Source of the DNA: Patescibacteria group bacterium
Lineage (GTDB): Bacteria; Patescibacteriota; Microgenomatia; UM-FILTER-40-11
Assembly: GCA_035530075.1 (NCBI GenBank)
Contig: DATKVM010000005.1
Location: 231,006-295,005 of the forward strand
DNA length: 64,000 nt
Direction of reading: 5' to 3'
Made by a program: the position numbers and the translations under genes. Of the stretch, positions 27,398 to 36,504 are shown one piece after another. Within the stretch, counting starts at the first letter, position 1. Every line of letters starts with the position of its first letter. Under the pieces are notes generated by a model, which saw nothing but the letters and a program-made list of their open reading frames with translations, was not told where the DNA came from and did no database searches.

Positions 27398-28894
27398 ATG
27401 GAAGAACAAGAGAATGCCCCCGAGATATTGAGTAGTGATGTTCAGCCAACGGTGCCACTGCCTTCAAACAAGCCTGTTCTCAAGCCAAGTTTACCCTTAG
27501 TAATTCTTATAATAGTTTTTTTGATTTCCTTAATCACTCTTGCCGTCTTTTTTCTAAGTAAGCGCTTGGATTTTTTTAATACGCGAATAGCTATTCCCAC
27601 AAATTCTTCCCAGGGAAGTCCCTCTCCTTCAGTTCCCCAAGAACTGGATATTCAGAAAGATATTCAAAGCCGTGAGCATTTGAATGACCAGAAAAACATT
27701 AGCCCTGGCGATATTGTTTCCTCAGGGTTTATTGACCCTTCACTTTTTACTAAAAAAACATCCTCGTCTTCGGTACTAGAGTTAGTTAAAAAAGCCCATG
27801 CTCAAGAAGTAAAACAGGTCCCGGCTTTATTTTATGTTAAAAACAAAACCCAAATTGCGGTATTGGACTTATTTAGTAACCAGGAATATCTATTGCTTGA
27901 CTTGAAAGATTTTAGCAGCATTTCTGTTAACAGCGGCACCGTAATCTCTAAACAATATTTTGTCAATAAGTCCAAACAAGTCGTGTTTCAATTAATGGAA
28001 AAGCTAGTGGATGATAAATATAAAACCTCTTTTCAGGTTTATGACATTAGGTCTCAGAGTTTGAAAGAAGTTGTTTCAACCACCGGCGGAAGCGGGGACC
28101 CGGCTAATTGGAATGGTTTTAGTATTTCGCCGGATGAACATTCCCTTTTCATACTTTATGTTAATCCCTACGAGAGCGATCCCTTTGCTGATGTTGCCAA
28201 TAAGGTAGTGGAGAATCCAGGTTATTTTGATAATACTTATTTTTTCTTTAATCTTGATGATGGTTCTTTAAAAAAATTTAAATTGGACGAAAGACTGACG
28301 GGTATGATTAACTTTCAATGGTCTTCAGATAGCAACTCTGTTCTTCTTTTGTACAGCCGCACTTACGAAACTCCATCCTCTTTAGTTCTGTTCTCAGTTT
28401 CCCCGTTGGCTGTCAAAGAAATTCTTTTTCAAGGATCTGGCTCCGAAAGAGATCTGGTAAAGGGTCAATATTTTCCTGACCTTAAAAAGATATTTTACAT
28501 TTCGACAGGGTCAAATAAAGAAGAAAGTACTTTTTCGGAAAGGCACTTTGGTTATCTGAACCTCGCCAGCCAAAATTTTAATGACGTTATTGAGCCTGGC
28601 TATGAAGTGACCCAGTTTGTGTTTGATTTTAATAAGGGTTTTGTGGTTAATACTCAGGTCCATAGCGAAAGCCAAACCAGCAGCAAAGCTCTTAATTATT
28701 ACGATTTAAGTACTGGTAAGGTAACTAAAATTATCGAAGGGGCATTTAATATTCTTGGTTTTAATGGAGATTATCGCCATTTGTTAGTGAGTAGTTTGAA
28801 CGGATCAAGGTCGGATTTATATGACCTGGATATTGAAACTGGACAAACCAACTATCTTACAACAACCCAAGCTGCTATACCTTATCAGTTTTAA
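27398..28894 (+). CDS. Membrane-anchored beta-propeller protein
   Basis: N-terminal TM; ISPDE, FQWSSDS, YDLSTGK TolB-like blades. Confidence 0.65.
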   Translation: MEEQENAPEILSSDVQPTVPLPSNKPVLKPSLPLVILIIVFLISLITLAVFFLSKRLDFFNTRIAIPTNSSQGSPSPSVPQELDIQKDIQSREHLNDQKNISPGDIVSSGFIDPSLFTKKTSSSSVLELVKKAHAQEVKQVPALFYVKNKTQIAVLDLFSNQEYLLLDLKDFSSISVNSGTVISKQYFVNKSKQVVFQLMEKLVDDKYKTSFQVYDIRSQSLKEVVSTTGGSGDPANWNGFSISPDEHSLFILYVNPYESDPFADVANKVVENPGYFDNTYFFFNLDDGSLKKFKLDERLTGMINFQWSSDSNSVLLLYSRTYETPSSLVLFSVSPLAVKEILFQGSGSERDLVKGQYFPDLKKIFYISTGSNKEESTFSERHFGYLNLASQNFNDVIEPGYEVTQFVFDFNKGFVVNTQVHSESQTSSKALNYYDLSTGKVTKIIEGAFNILGFNGDYRHLLVSSLNGSRSDLYDLDIETGQTNYLTTTQAAIPYQF

Positions 28895-28937
28895 GCCGGC
28901 ATAACTACACAAAAAAGCTGATAGTCAACTATGGCTT

Positions 28938-29125
28938 TGTAATCCTGGTATTAATCCAACTAACATTATACCAAGCATTATCAAGGCTTTCCAAAATTCC
29001 GTGGGGTAGAGTAGGCGAAAGAAAGATTAAAGAAGTTAAATTAAGAAAATTCAGCCCAAGAACCGGACACCATATTATTTCCACTCCCGGAGTGGAATAA
29101 CATAACCTCACACCTTCCAGGGGCA
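28938..29125 (+). repeat. Array repeat R11
   Basis: GTAATCCTGGTATTAATC..GAAGTTAAATTAAGAAAATTCAGCCC..TTCCACTCCCGGAGTGGAA..CACACCTTCCAGG. Confidence 0.75.
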
Positions 29126-29165
29126 ATCTGAATTTAAAAATCAGGGAGAAGTGACCTCAAGATAG

Positions 29166-29468
29166 TTAAGGGACTTGGGGACTTTCTTCATCCATCATCT
29201 CAGCCGCAAATGAAAGTATTGACCTTCTAGAAGCATTATCACCTTCCGGCAAATTCTGAAGAACGGCAATAAATCCCAGTAGATTTTTCCTAAATCTTTC
29301 AGCAATCTGAGCGTTGGTATAAGTACCTATTTCTAGCTGATCTGCCGGAACCTCCGGTAGCCCTGCCGCTTTAAAAGCTGCCTCAACAAAGGCTGACCAT
29401 AAAGTTTCTGGATCTATTAGATCTCTTTCTCCTGAGGCCATATGCCTACAAAATATATTAAAAACCAA
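29166..29468 (-). CDS. Hypothetical protein
   Basis: ORF only; ATG at MASGER probable. Confidence 0.4.
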   Translation of the reverse strand: MVFNIFCRHMASGERDLIDPETLWSAFVEAAFKAAGLPEVPADQLEIGTYTNAQIAERFRKNLLGFIAVLQNLPEGDNASRRSILSFAAEMMDEESPQVP

Positions 29469-29520
29469 AGCTTGTCAACTATAGGCAAAAGCCCTATGGT
29501 CCTGGTATTGCTGGTTCGTC

Positions 29521-29612
29521 CCTGCCTGCCGGGGTACAACCCAGGCTTCACACCTCAGGTGTAACAGGTAATGGATTTAGGCCTAATTGGCGGGTGAGGG
29601 GAGGATTGGGAG
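29521..29612 (+). repeat. Array repeat R12
   Basis: CCTGCCTGCCGG..TTCACACCTCAGGTGTAACAG..TTTAGGCCTAATTGGCGGGTGAGGGGAGGATTGGGA. Confidence 0.8.
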
Positions 29613-29623
29613 CTGAACATTAG

Positions 29624-30301
29624 TTACCAGATAAAAGGGACGAGACGGTACTTTACCCGTTTACAATAGTCGTTGTAACCTGGTAAATCACGTAGCAATA
29701 CTTCTTCCTCGTTCAGTGCTCGGATAATAACGACTCCACATATGGGTAGAAAAGCCACTAAAGCCCAATAAGAACCAAGCGCCAGAGGAGTAAATAAAAA
29801 AAGAGGGATAACGCCCGCGTACATCGGGTGTCTGACAAGAGCGTAAGGACCGGTATCGATGACCTTTTGTCCTTCAAAAACCTCGACCGTCCGCCCAGCA
29901 AAGGCATTTTCTTTAAAAGCAAGAAATACCAGATAATAAGCAAAAACAATTATGATGTTGGAAACAATTACTAACCATAAAGGGACGTTGGACCAACCAA
30001 AACGATAGTCCAGTCCCGGAATTAAAAAACCTAAAAAGAAAATTATACCTGTTAATTTAATAATTAAATCCTGTTTGGCTTCTTTCTCTTTAAACATCAT
30101 CCTCCGCTTCAAAAACGCTGGAGACTTTTGGAGAAAATAGAGCGAAAGAAAGAGTGAGCAAGAAAGGATTATGGCGATAAAAATCCACCCCTGCCAATAC
30201 CTAAGGGAGCCTGCAGGCAAAAAAAGCATTGACGCCAGGACTACAAATGCCAAAGGATACAACAGAAGAATTTTACTTCTCATTTTTGCCATTTTATTCA
30301 T
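29624..30301 (-). CDS. Isoprenylcysteine carboxyl methyltransferase / PEMT family
   Basis: Multi-TM; VIDTGPYALVRHPMY..EEEVL..YNDY. Confidence 0.9.
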   Translation of the reverse strand: MNKMAKMRSKILLLYPLAFVVLASMLFLPAGSLRYWQGWIFIAIILSCSLFLSLYFLQKSPAFLKRRMMFKEKEAKQDLIIKLTGIIFFLGFLIPGLDYRFGWSNVPLWLVIVSNIIIVFAYYLVFLAFKENAFAGRTVEVFEGQKVIDTGPYALVRHPMYAGVIPLFLFTPLALGSYWALVAFLPICGVVIIRALNEEEVLLRDLPGYNDYCKRVKYRLVPFIW

Positions 30302-30321
30302 ATTTATATTATATAACGCTT

Positions 30322-30380
30322 CGTAATCCTAGGATTAATCTTGCCGGTCGGCAGGTTGGGATTAGATTAAGAAAATTCAG
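30322..30380 (+). repeat. Array repeat R13
   Basis: CGTAATCCTAGGATTAATCTTGCC..TTAGATTAAGAAAATTCAGC. Confidence 0.8.
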
Positions 30381-30448
30381 CGGATATCCTGAGTTCACCC
30401 CGAAACAAACTCAACAGTTGCCGGCATAAATTAACACCCGCCTTAAAA

Positions 30449-30700
30449 ATGCTGGGCTTGAGGGTCTTACTTGACGAGGCGGGGGTAAGAGAATTTAGGG
30501 AAATGACCAAACGATACGGTAGCTCTGCTTGGTATAGTCTGAATAAGGAAATGAAGGGGTTTGGAAATGCCGATGAGGTTACTGTGTTTTCGCTATTGAA
30601 AAAGCAGATAACCGATTTTGAGCCGTTAAAACTGGTTGCAAATCAAGGTATAATGTTAAATAATGATAAATATGAAAGCAGAACAATACTACACGATTGA
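30449..30700 (+). pseudogene. Probable C-terminal remnant of an element-borne gene
   Basis: Short ORF directly after R13, overlapping the excisionase; no recognisable N-terminus. Confidence 0.3.
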
Positions 30701-30848
30701 AGAAGTAGCCAAGCTACTGAAAGTAGCATATCTGACAGTTTACCGTTGGATACAAGCTGGCAAGCTCACAGCTTATAAGGCTGGTAAACAGTATCGGATA
30801 AAAGGAAACGACCTAAATAAATTCTTAGAGAAAAAGAATACAAAATGA
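30672..30848 (+). CDS. Excisionase-like HTH_17 DNA-binding protein
   Basis: YYTIEEVAKLLKV..TVYRWIQAGKLTAYKAGKQYRI. Confidence 0.88.
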   Translation: MKAEQYYTIEEVAKLLKVAYLTVYRWIQAGKLTAYKAGKQYRIKGNDLNKFLEKKNTK

Positions 30849-31348
30849 GCAAAATAAAGAAACTAAACCAAATAGCAAAACTTACGAAGAAATTGAGCAA
30901 AGAAGGTAAAAAAACGGCTCTAATCACAGGTTGCTTTGATATTGTGCATATAGGGCATATACAACTTTTTAGGTTTGCAAAGAAAAATGCCGATGTGGTT
31001 ATAGTAGGTTTGGATAACGACAAATCAATTAGACTTTCAAAAGGTATAAAACGACCAGTCAATAACCTTGAATATCGTTGTCAAACCATTGCTGAATTGG
31101 AAAGTGTTGATTATGTTTTTCCAATTGAAGATACCATAACATTTAACACTTCTGATGCAGACGAAATTCACATAGTGATGTTACAGAAAATTAAACCAGA
31201 CCTCTTGATTACAAATCCTATTGCAGATAAATACTGGAAAGATAAGCAGAAACGAGCGAAAGAATTAGGAATAAAGTTTTTACCAATAACTCGTCAAAAA
31301 ATGACATCATCAACGGAAATTATAGACAAGTTGCTTTCAGAAATATGA
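30845..31348 (+). CDS. Cytidylyltransferase-family (RfaE/TagD-like)
   Basis: GCFDIVHIGH, KGIKRPV, SSTEII. Confidence 0.88.
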   Translation: MSKIKKLNQIAKLTKKLSKEGKKTALITGCFDIVHIGHIQLFRFAKKNADVVIVGLDNDKSIRLSKGIKRPVNNLEYRCQTIAELESVDYVFPIEDTITFNTSDADEIHIVMLQKIKPDLLITNPIADKYWKDKQKRAKELGIKFLPITRQKMTSSTEIIDKLLSEI

Positions 31349-31810
31349 TAAAAGCAGTTATTTTAGCCAGAGTATCAACGCTCAAACAGGAAAAAGAGGG
31401 ACTATCTCTCAAGGATATTCAACTCCCCGAACTTAGGGATTATGCCGTCAAAAGAGATTTTGAAGTAGTCAAAGAGTATTACTGAGAGCTACTATGAGGA
31501 AAAACGAAAAGAGTATCGGGCAAAACAGAAGGAAATTGAGAACAAAATGGCTAAGCTACGATTTGCCGACGAGGAATACTATATAACCTCAGAATACCTG
31601 CTAAAACTGGCTTCTAACGCAAGTAAACTGTTTGAAAGTTCTGAAGCACACGGAAAACGGCTACTTTTGAAGATGACACTTCAGAACTTGGAGCTAAAGG
31701 GTAAAAAAGCCCGATATGACTGGACAAAACCCTTTGACAAGATTGCTTTTTACGCCTCTCGTCAAGTTCAGCTCCCCCGCGTGGATTCGAACCACGAACC
31801 GATCGCTTAA
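31345..31810 (+). pseudogene. Internally deleted large serine recombinase
   Basis: 31345-31485 MIKAVILARVSTLKQEKEGLSL (catalytic RVS) joined out of frame to a C-terminal coiled-coil part ending LPRVDSNHEP inside tRNA-Asn. Confidence 0.8.
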
Positions 31811-31843
31811 CAGGCGAGCGCTCTACCGTTGAGCTACAGGGGA
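31772..31843 (-). tRNA. tRNA-Asn(GTT)
   Basis: TCCCCTG..CGGGGGAG, TCGC-ctGTTaa-GCGA, GGTTCGAATCC. Confidence 0.93.
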
Positions 31844-31984
31844 AAATACTTAATTTCCAATTCCCAATGACCAATTTGAAGTCAGCGTTGCTGACAAAAT
31901 CAAGCTTTGCTTATTTCCAAACTTATTATAGCAACTTTTGGCCTTGAACTCCAGGGAAAATTTGGTTCATGGTATTATTACTTT

Positions 31985-32437
31985 ATGGAGCTTTGGCAGA
32001 AGATAGTTCTTTTGGTTTATGCGCTCATAAACCTGGTCGTCTTTGCTAGAGGCTTTTATGAATGCAAGGTCAAGAAAAACGCTTACGGCCTTACCCGCCC
32101 CCTCTTTTTTTTAGGCGTCTTTGCTTGGGGAGACGCCGTTGTTTTTTGTTTATTTTGGCTGTTTTCCTCCATCGTTGTCCTGCTTCTTAATGATTGGTAT
32201 TTATTCCTCCTTATTGTTTCCGTCTTCTGGGTTGTCAGAAGTTTAGGGGAGACAATTTATTGGTTTAATCAGCAATTTTCTAAGAGTCTGCCTTGGAATA
32301 AACCGGAAAAGTTGCCGTTCTATTCTATTTTCCATAACGATTCTGTCTGGTTTATCCATCAGATCATTTGGCAGTGTACCACCGTCGTCTCAACCATACT
32401 TTCCCTTTATTTTGGCCGGTTGTGGCTGTTAAATTAA
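31985..32437 (+). CDS. Multi-pass membrane protein
   Basis: Four hydrophobic, Trp-rich segments. Confidence 0.6.
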   Translation: MELWQKIVLLVYALINLVVFARGFYECKVKKNAYGLTRPLFFLGVFAWGDAVVFCLFWLFSSIVVLLLNDWYLFLLIVSVFWVVRSLGETIYWFNQQFSKSLPWNKPEKLPFYSIFHNDSVWFIHQIIWQCTTVVSTILSLYFGRLWLLN

Positions 32438-33582
32438 ACTCTTAGCTTTTTTTGGACTGCTTCGACTACTTTTCCCACACTGACCGAAGCCGCGGTCGGC
32501 TCCTCATTATGGACCACGGTTCCGCCGAAAGGCCCATAAATGGCCGGATTAAAAAGTTTGCCGGCAGCGACCACCACGCTTTTTAGCCCCAGGCCCGGGG
32601 CCAAGTGCGTTCCCGCCATACTTTCCAAACCAACCAAGACTGTCTTTTTTTTGGGAAAGCATTGTAAAAGAGCCGCATATTGAGCGAGGGACAGTGAGGG
32701 AAGAAGGGTAAAAGAACCTGCCTTTTTGGTACACTCACTGGCTATTTCTTGAGTTAGCCGGGGATGGTCTACTCCCTGGGTCAGAAAAACTCGACCAAAA
32801 CTGGATAAAGATTTTATTAATAAAACCCATTTTGAAAGCGGCCAGGATTTTTCCTTAAAATGAAGTGCGTGAGCGTCAGGATGAATAATAAAATTAAAGG
32901 AGTCTGTCTTTCCTAATTTAGTAAAGACCTTAGCCGCTGCCTTTTGGTCTTTTTGAGAAAGACCAATGGAGGAGTGGGGCGGCCGTTTGAATTGACGAAT
33001 ATCATAAAGCACTTCCCAGAGAATTTGTGCCCGATGTAGCTGATGCAGGGGGATTTCATGGAAAGAGAGCTTCTTTTCCGGATCTTGATTAAAAAAACTA
33101 GCCGGGACCGTGCTATTGTAACGGGGAACAATTTTGACAATTTCTCCCAGCCTAAAAGCCTCTTTTTTCGTTTTTCCGTTCGGCCCTTTTTGGAAATGAA
33201 GAACAATTTTGTTTTTTTCTTGGCCCCAGTCAGTAAGGATATTGTGCTGGCCCAGAAGCTCCCGGCAGCGCGACCACTCCAGGATTAATTTTTGCGGGTA
33301 GCGCTGAATCAAGGCGTCGGTTAAATAACTGTCACAAATCGTGTCGCCCAAAAAGCCCTCGGTCTTGCGCAAATCAACTACCATAACTTTGGCTTTGGCA
33401 AAAAGCTTCTGATTTTCTTGCCGGAATTTGAGGAGCGCCGCTTTTTCCTCTTGGTTAAAAAGGGCTTGAAAGGCAAGCGACCTTTCCGGCAAAGTTAGCC
33501 AAACGGCTGGAAGGGTAAGGATTTTTGTCCCTTCAGGGCGGTCTTTTTTGGCCATCTTAAGAGTAGAATAGCATATGCCCAA
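32434..33582 (-). CDS. Glycosyltransferase family 9-like
   Basis: LGD, IIHP..KSWPLSKW, VGLESMAGTHLA, YGP. Confidence 0.65.
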   Translation of the reverse strand: MGICYSTLKMAKKDRPEGTKILTLPAVWLTLPERSLAFQALFNQEEKAALLKFRQENQKLFAKAKVMVVDLRKTEGFLGDTICDSYLTDALIQRYPQKLILEWSRCRELLGQHNILTDWGQEKNKIVLHFQKGPNGKTKKEAFRLGEIVKIVPRYNSTVPASFFNQDPEKKLSFHEIPLHQLHRAQILWEVLYDIRQFKRPPHSSIGLSQKDQKAAAKVFTKLGKTDSFNFIIHPDAHALHFKEKSWPLSKWVLLIKSLSSFGRVFLTQGVDHPRLTQEIASECTKKAGSFTLLPSLSLAQYAALLQCFPKKKTVLVGLESMAGTHLAPGLGLKSVVVAAGKLFNPAIYGPFGGTVVHNEEPTAASVSVGKVVEAVQKKLRV

Positions 33583-33623
33583 AAGGGGCGCAACGGTTAA
33601 GTGATTTTTATTACCAACCTCTC

Positions 33624-33660
33624 CTTACCTTAATCTTACTCTGCTTTTAGCAACCCTTAA
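33624..33660 (+). promoter_or_regulatory. 11-bp periodic CTTAC repeat (putative OmpR-family box)
   Basis: CTTAC 33624, CTTAC 33635, TTTAG 33646, CTTAA 33656. Confidence 0.6.
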
Positions 33661-33683
33661 ATTTTTATTGGCAAAGTAGGGGG

Positions 33684-34145
33684 ATGGTCGCCGCTAAAGA
33701 ACCAGCCAAAGCTGCAGTTGAGAAGCTGCCTCAATGTCTTAATCAGTCCCAGCTCTCGCTTCTGACGCAAAAAACGCCGTCCCAGTTTGTTAAAAGGCGG
33801 CCGGGGCCGGGCGGAGTAGAACTGGATTATGTCGAAATCGGTTATGTGGTTAATCTTTTAAATCAAGTTTTTGGTTGGGATTGGGACTTTCACATCTTGG
33901 ATCAGCAAATCGGCCGCACTCAAGTTTGGGTTAGGGGAGAGCTGGCGGTTCGGGCCAAAGATTGCCTCATTACCAAATCCCAGTATGGTGGAGCGGAAAT
34001 CCGCTTTAACCGAACTACCGGCGAGGTATTAAGTATTGCCGATGATCTAAAGTCAGCCGTTTCCGATTGCCTTAAGAAATGTGCTTCACTTTTGGGTGTC
34101 GCCGGAGATATTTATTGGCCGAATTTGGATAACTGGGAGCGATAG
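33684..34145 (+). CDS. Rad52/Rad22-family ssDNA annealing protein
   Basis: KRRPGPGG..YVE..LNQVFGWDW..KSAVSDCLKKCASLLG. Confidence 0.85.
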   Translation: MVAAKEPAKAAVEKLPQCLNQSQLSLLTQKTPSQFVKRRPGPGGVELDYVEIGYVVNLLNQVFGWDWDFHILDQQIGRTQVWVRGELAVRAKDCLITKSQYGGAEIRFNRTTGEVLSIADDLKSAVSDCLKKCASLLGVAGDIYWPNLDNWER

Positions 34146-34220
34146 CATTGCTTCATTGTTTCATGGTTTCATTGCTTTTATGAGCTAATAACAATTGAAC
34201 AATCGAGCAATGAAACAATT
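34145..34220. repeat. 8-bp CATTG(C/T)TT tandem repeats with inverted counterpart
   Basis: cattgctt cattgttt catggttt cattgctt..aacaattg aacaatcg agcaatga aacaat. Confidence 0.7.
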
Positions 34221-34270
34221 CCGGTAGCCCATATAACAGGCTTAACTATTTTGGAAATAATAGGAAAACT

Positions 34271-35746
34271 ATGGCCCAAGGTGATGTTTATGCTCCCGAT
34301 TTTCCTCGGAACAGTATCTGGCTTAACAGTCAAAGACCGCTTACCTTAGCTGACTTGCGGGGCCAGGTGGTTTTGCTGGACTTTTGGACTTATTGCTGTG
34401 TTAACTGCCTTCATATTCTCCCTGACCTAAAGTATCTGGAAGAAAGATATCGGCAGGAGCCTTTCTTAGTGATTGGGGTTCATTCGGCCAAGTTTTTTAA
34501 TGAGCAGAATATTAAGAACATTCAATCGGCCATCGAACGCTATGAAATCAAGCACCCGGTGGTGGTCGACAATAACCATATTATTTGGGAATCTTACGGC
34601 ATTTCCGCCTGGCCCAGCTTTGTTTTAATTGACGCCGCCGGCCGAATCCGGGGGGCCCTTTCCGGCGAAGGTCACCGCTTGAAACTGGATACCGTCATTG
34701 GCCAGCTCTTAGAAGAGGGGAGAAGCGAGGGAATTTCTGCTCCCGGTCCTCTTTTAGTAACGGAAAAGATTGTTTGCCAAGAAACCACCCTCTCTTTTCC
34801 GGGGAAAATTACTCTGGATGAGGTAGGCAAACATCTTTTTGTCGCCGATTCTAATCATCATCGGATTCTCCTTTGTCATTTTCATTCTCCTACTCAAGCC
34901 CATCTGCTTTCGGTAATTGGCTCGGGAGAAAGGGGGAATAAAGACGGCTCTTTTGCCGAGGCTTCTTTTTGCCAACCCCAGGGACTTTGTTTAGTGGATA
35001 ACTTCCTTTATGTTTGCGATAGCGGTAATCACCTTTTACGGCGAGTGGATTTAGAAAACCAAACGGTTAAAACTATCACGCCGGCCGGTCGCTTGCGTTC
35101 CCCTTGGGATTTAGATTATGCGGAGGGCTATCTTTATGTTGCGGTTGCGGGGAGCCATCAAATTTGGAGCTATCATTTGGCGGATTCTTCTTTAGCAGTT
35201 TTTGCCGGCAGCGGGATAGAAAATTTACTGGACGGCAATCTTTTTGCCGCTCACTTAGCTCAACCCAGCGGCTTGAGCGTCAACGAGGAGAGAATTTATT
35301 TTGTTGATAGTGAGGCTTCCGCTTTGCGGATGATTGATTTACGGACTGATGAGGTTACCACTCTTATTGGCCGGGGACTTTTTGATTTTGGTTATCGTGA
35401 CGGCCCTTTCGGTCAAGCCCTCTTGCAACACCCGCAAGGGATTTTTGCCGCTCAGGAGAAAATTTATTTGGCGGATACTTATAATCAGGCGATTCGAGAA
35501 GCAAATTTAGTCAAAAGAGAGATTACGACCTTAGTTGGTCGAGAAGAAAACGCTCGTCTTTGCTTAGCCGACAGTCAAGCTTGTGAAATTTTGCCTTTAT
35601 TCGAACCTAATGATGTTAAACTCAAAAGCCCTTTTCTCTATCTTGCCGATACTAATAACCATTTAATTCGGGCTTTCAATCTTTCAAAGGGCGAGCTGTC
35701 GACCGTTGAGCTAAGCACCGCTCCTTTTCTAACTCGCCCTCGCTAA
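34271..35746 (+). CDS. Thioredoxin-like + NHL repeat protein (NHLRC2/SOQ1-like)
   Basis: LLDFWTYCCVNC, GVHSAKF, ADSNHHRI NHL blades. Confidence 0.9.
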   Translation: MAQGDVYAPDFPRNSIWLNSQRPLTLADLRGQVVLLDFWTYCCVNCLHILPDLKYLEERYRQEPFLVIGVHSAKFFNEQNIKNIQSAIERYEIKHPVVVDNNHIIWESYGISAWPSFVLIDAAGRIRGALSGEGHRLKLDTVIGQLLEEGRSEGISAPGPLLVTEKIVCQETTLSFPGKITLDEVGKHLFVADSNHHRILLCHFHSPTQAHLLSVIGSGERGNKDGSFAEASFCQPQGLCLVDNFLYVCDSGNHLLRRVDLENQTVKTITPAGRLRSPWDLDYAEGYLYVAVAGSHQIWSYHLADSSLAVFAGSGIENLLDGNLFAAHLAQPSGLSVNEERIYFVDSEASALRMIDLRTDEVTTLIGRGLFDFGYRDGPFGQALLQHPQGIFAAQEKIYLADTYNQAIREANLVKREITTLVGREENARLCLADSQACEILPLFEPNDVKLKSPFLYLADTNNHLIRAFNLSKGELSTVELSTAPFLTRPR

Positions 35747-35784
35747 CTTACAGGACTCATACCTGACTTTTACGGTGTCTTTAA
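35747..35784 (+). promoter_or_regulatory. 11-bp periodic CTTAC-like repeat
   Basis: CTTAC 35747, CATAC 35758, TTTAC 35769, TTTAA 35780. Confidence 0.55.
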
Positions 35785-35865
35785 GCCTAGGGAATAAATT
35801 TTTCCTAAGTAGCTGGAGTGATTTTAGCTGTAAATTCAACTACAAAAAGGGGGAGGTGAAGATTA

Positions 35866-36084
35866 ATGGATAGATTGAATTTCCTTGATTGGCTGTCTAT
35901 AATTTTAGTTATTATTGGGGCGCTCAATTGGGGATCCATTGGCCTTTTTGATTATAGCTTTGTCGCCGCCATTTTTGGGATAATGACGACAATTACTCGG
36001 GTAATTTATATCTTGGTTGGTCTGGCCGGTCTTTATATTATCTTTGCTTCCCCCGGTTGGACCAGACATCGGGGGGGTAGTTAA
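35866..36084 (+). CDS. DUF378 membrane protein
   Basis: LVIIGALNWG..YILVGLAG; SD GGAGGTG. Confidence 0.9.
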   Translation: MDRLNFLDWLSIILVIIGALNWGSIGLFDYSFVAAIFGIMTTITRVIYILVGLAGLYIIFASPGWTRHRGGS

Positions 36085-36090
36085 AATAAA

Positions 36091-36360
36091 GTGAATAATT
36101 GGTCTCAGCCACTAAGTTTTCTTGGGCCGATACTTTTTTGGTTGGTCTTAATTTGGTCTCTGATTTGGAAGGGTTTGGCTTTTTGGAAAGCGGTTGTCAA
36201 GCATCAGGTTCTTTGGTTCGGGATTTTCTTGGGAGTTAATACTTTAGGGATATTGGAGATTCTATATCTTTTCTGGTTAGCCCGTTTCCCGATTATTGAT
36301 AATGAAAAAGTTTTAGGTTTCTTGAACGATCGGGTTGGCGAGAAAGTGAAAACCGCCTAA
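36091..36360 (+). CDS. DUF5652 membrane protein
   Basis: WSLIWKGLAFWKA..WF..NTLGILEILYLF. Confidence 0.8.
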   Translation: MNNWSQPLSFLGPILFWLVLIWSLIWKGLAFWKAVVKHQVLWFGIFLGVNTLGILEILYLFWLARFPIIDNEKVLGFLNDRVGEKVKTA

Positions 36361-36504
36361 TTTCTTTCTATCTTTCGTCTTGCTCGCACTATTTTAGACG
36401 AACCCTTGGAGATTTCGGTAACGATGAGTTCATTATGGAGGTTCAGGAGAGTATTTGCGATTGGTATTGCCAGCGGAAAAGAGTCATTATAAACTGGATA
36501 CTTA

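Larger units (their letters stand above)
14935..30380. mobile_element. Repeat-delimited gene-cassette array anchored at tRNA-Asn
   Basis: About 13 dispersed copies of one repeat separate unrelated accessory genes; the array ends near an excisionase, a recombinase remnant and tRNA-Asn. Confidence 0.7.

Noticed and set aside
14935-30380. CRISPR array
   Set aside because: Repeats are long and degenerate, the intervals are whole genes of 0.5-3 kb, and there are no cas genes.
14935-31843. Classical integron
   Set aside because: No IntI/tyrosine recombinase (TopIB is not one), and the repeats lack clear attC R''/R' complementary ends.
30449-34145. Prophage
   Set aside because: Excisionase, recombinase remnant and Rad52 are present, but no capsid, terminase, portal or tail genes.
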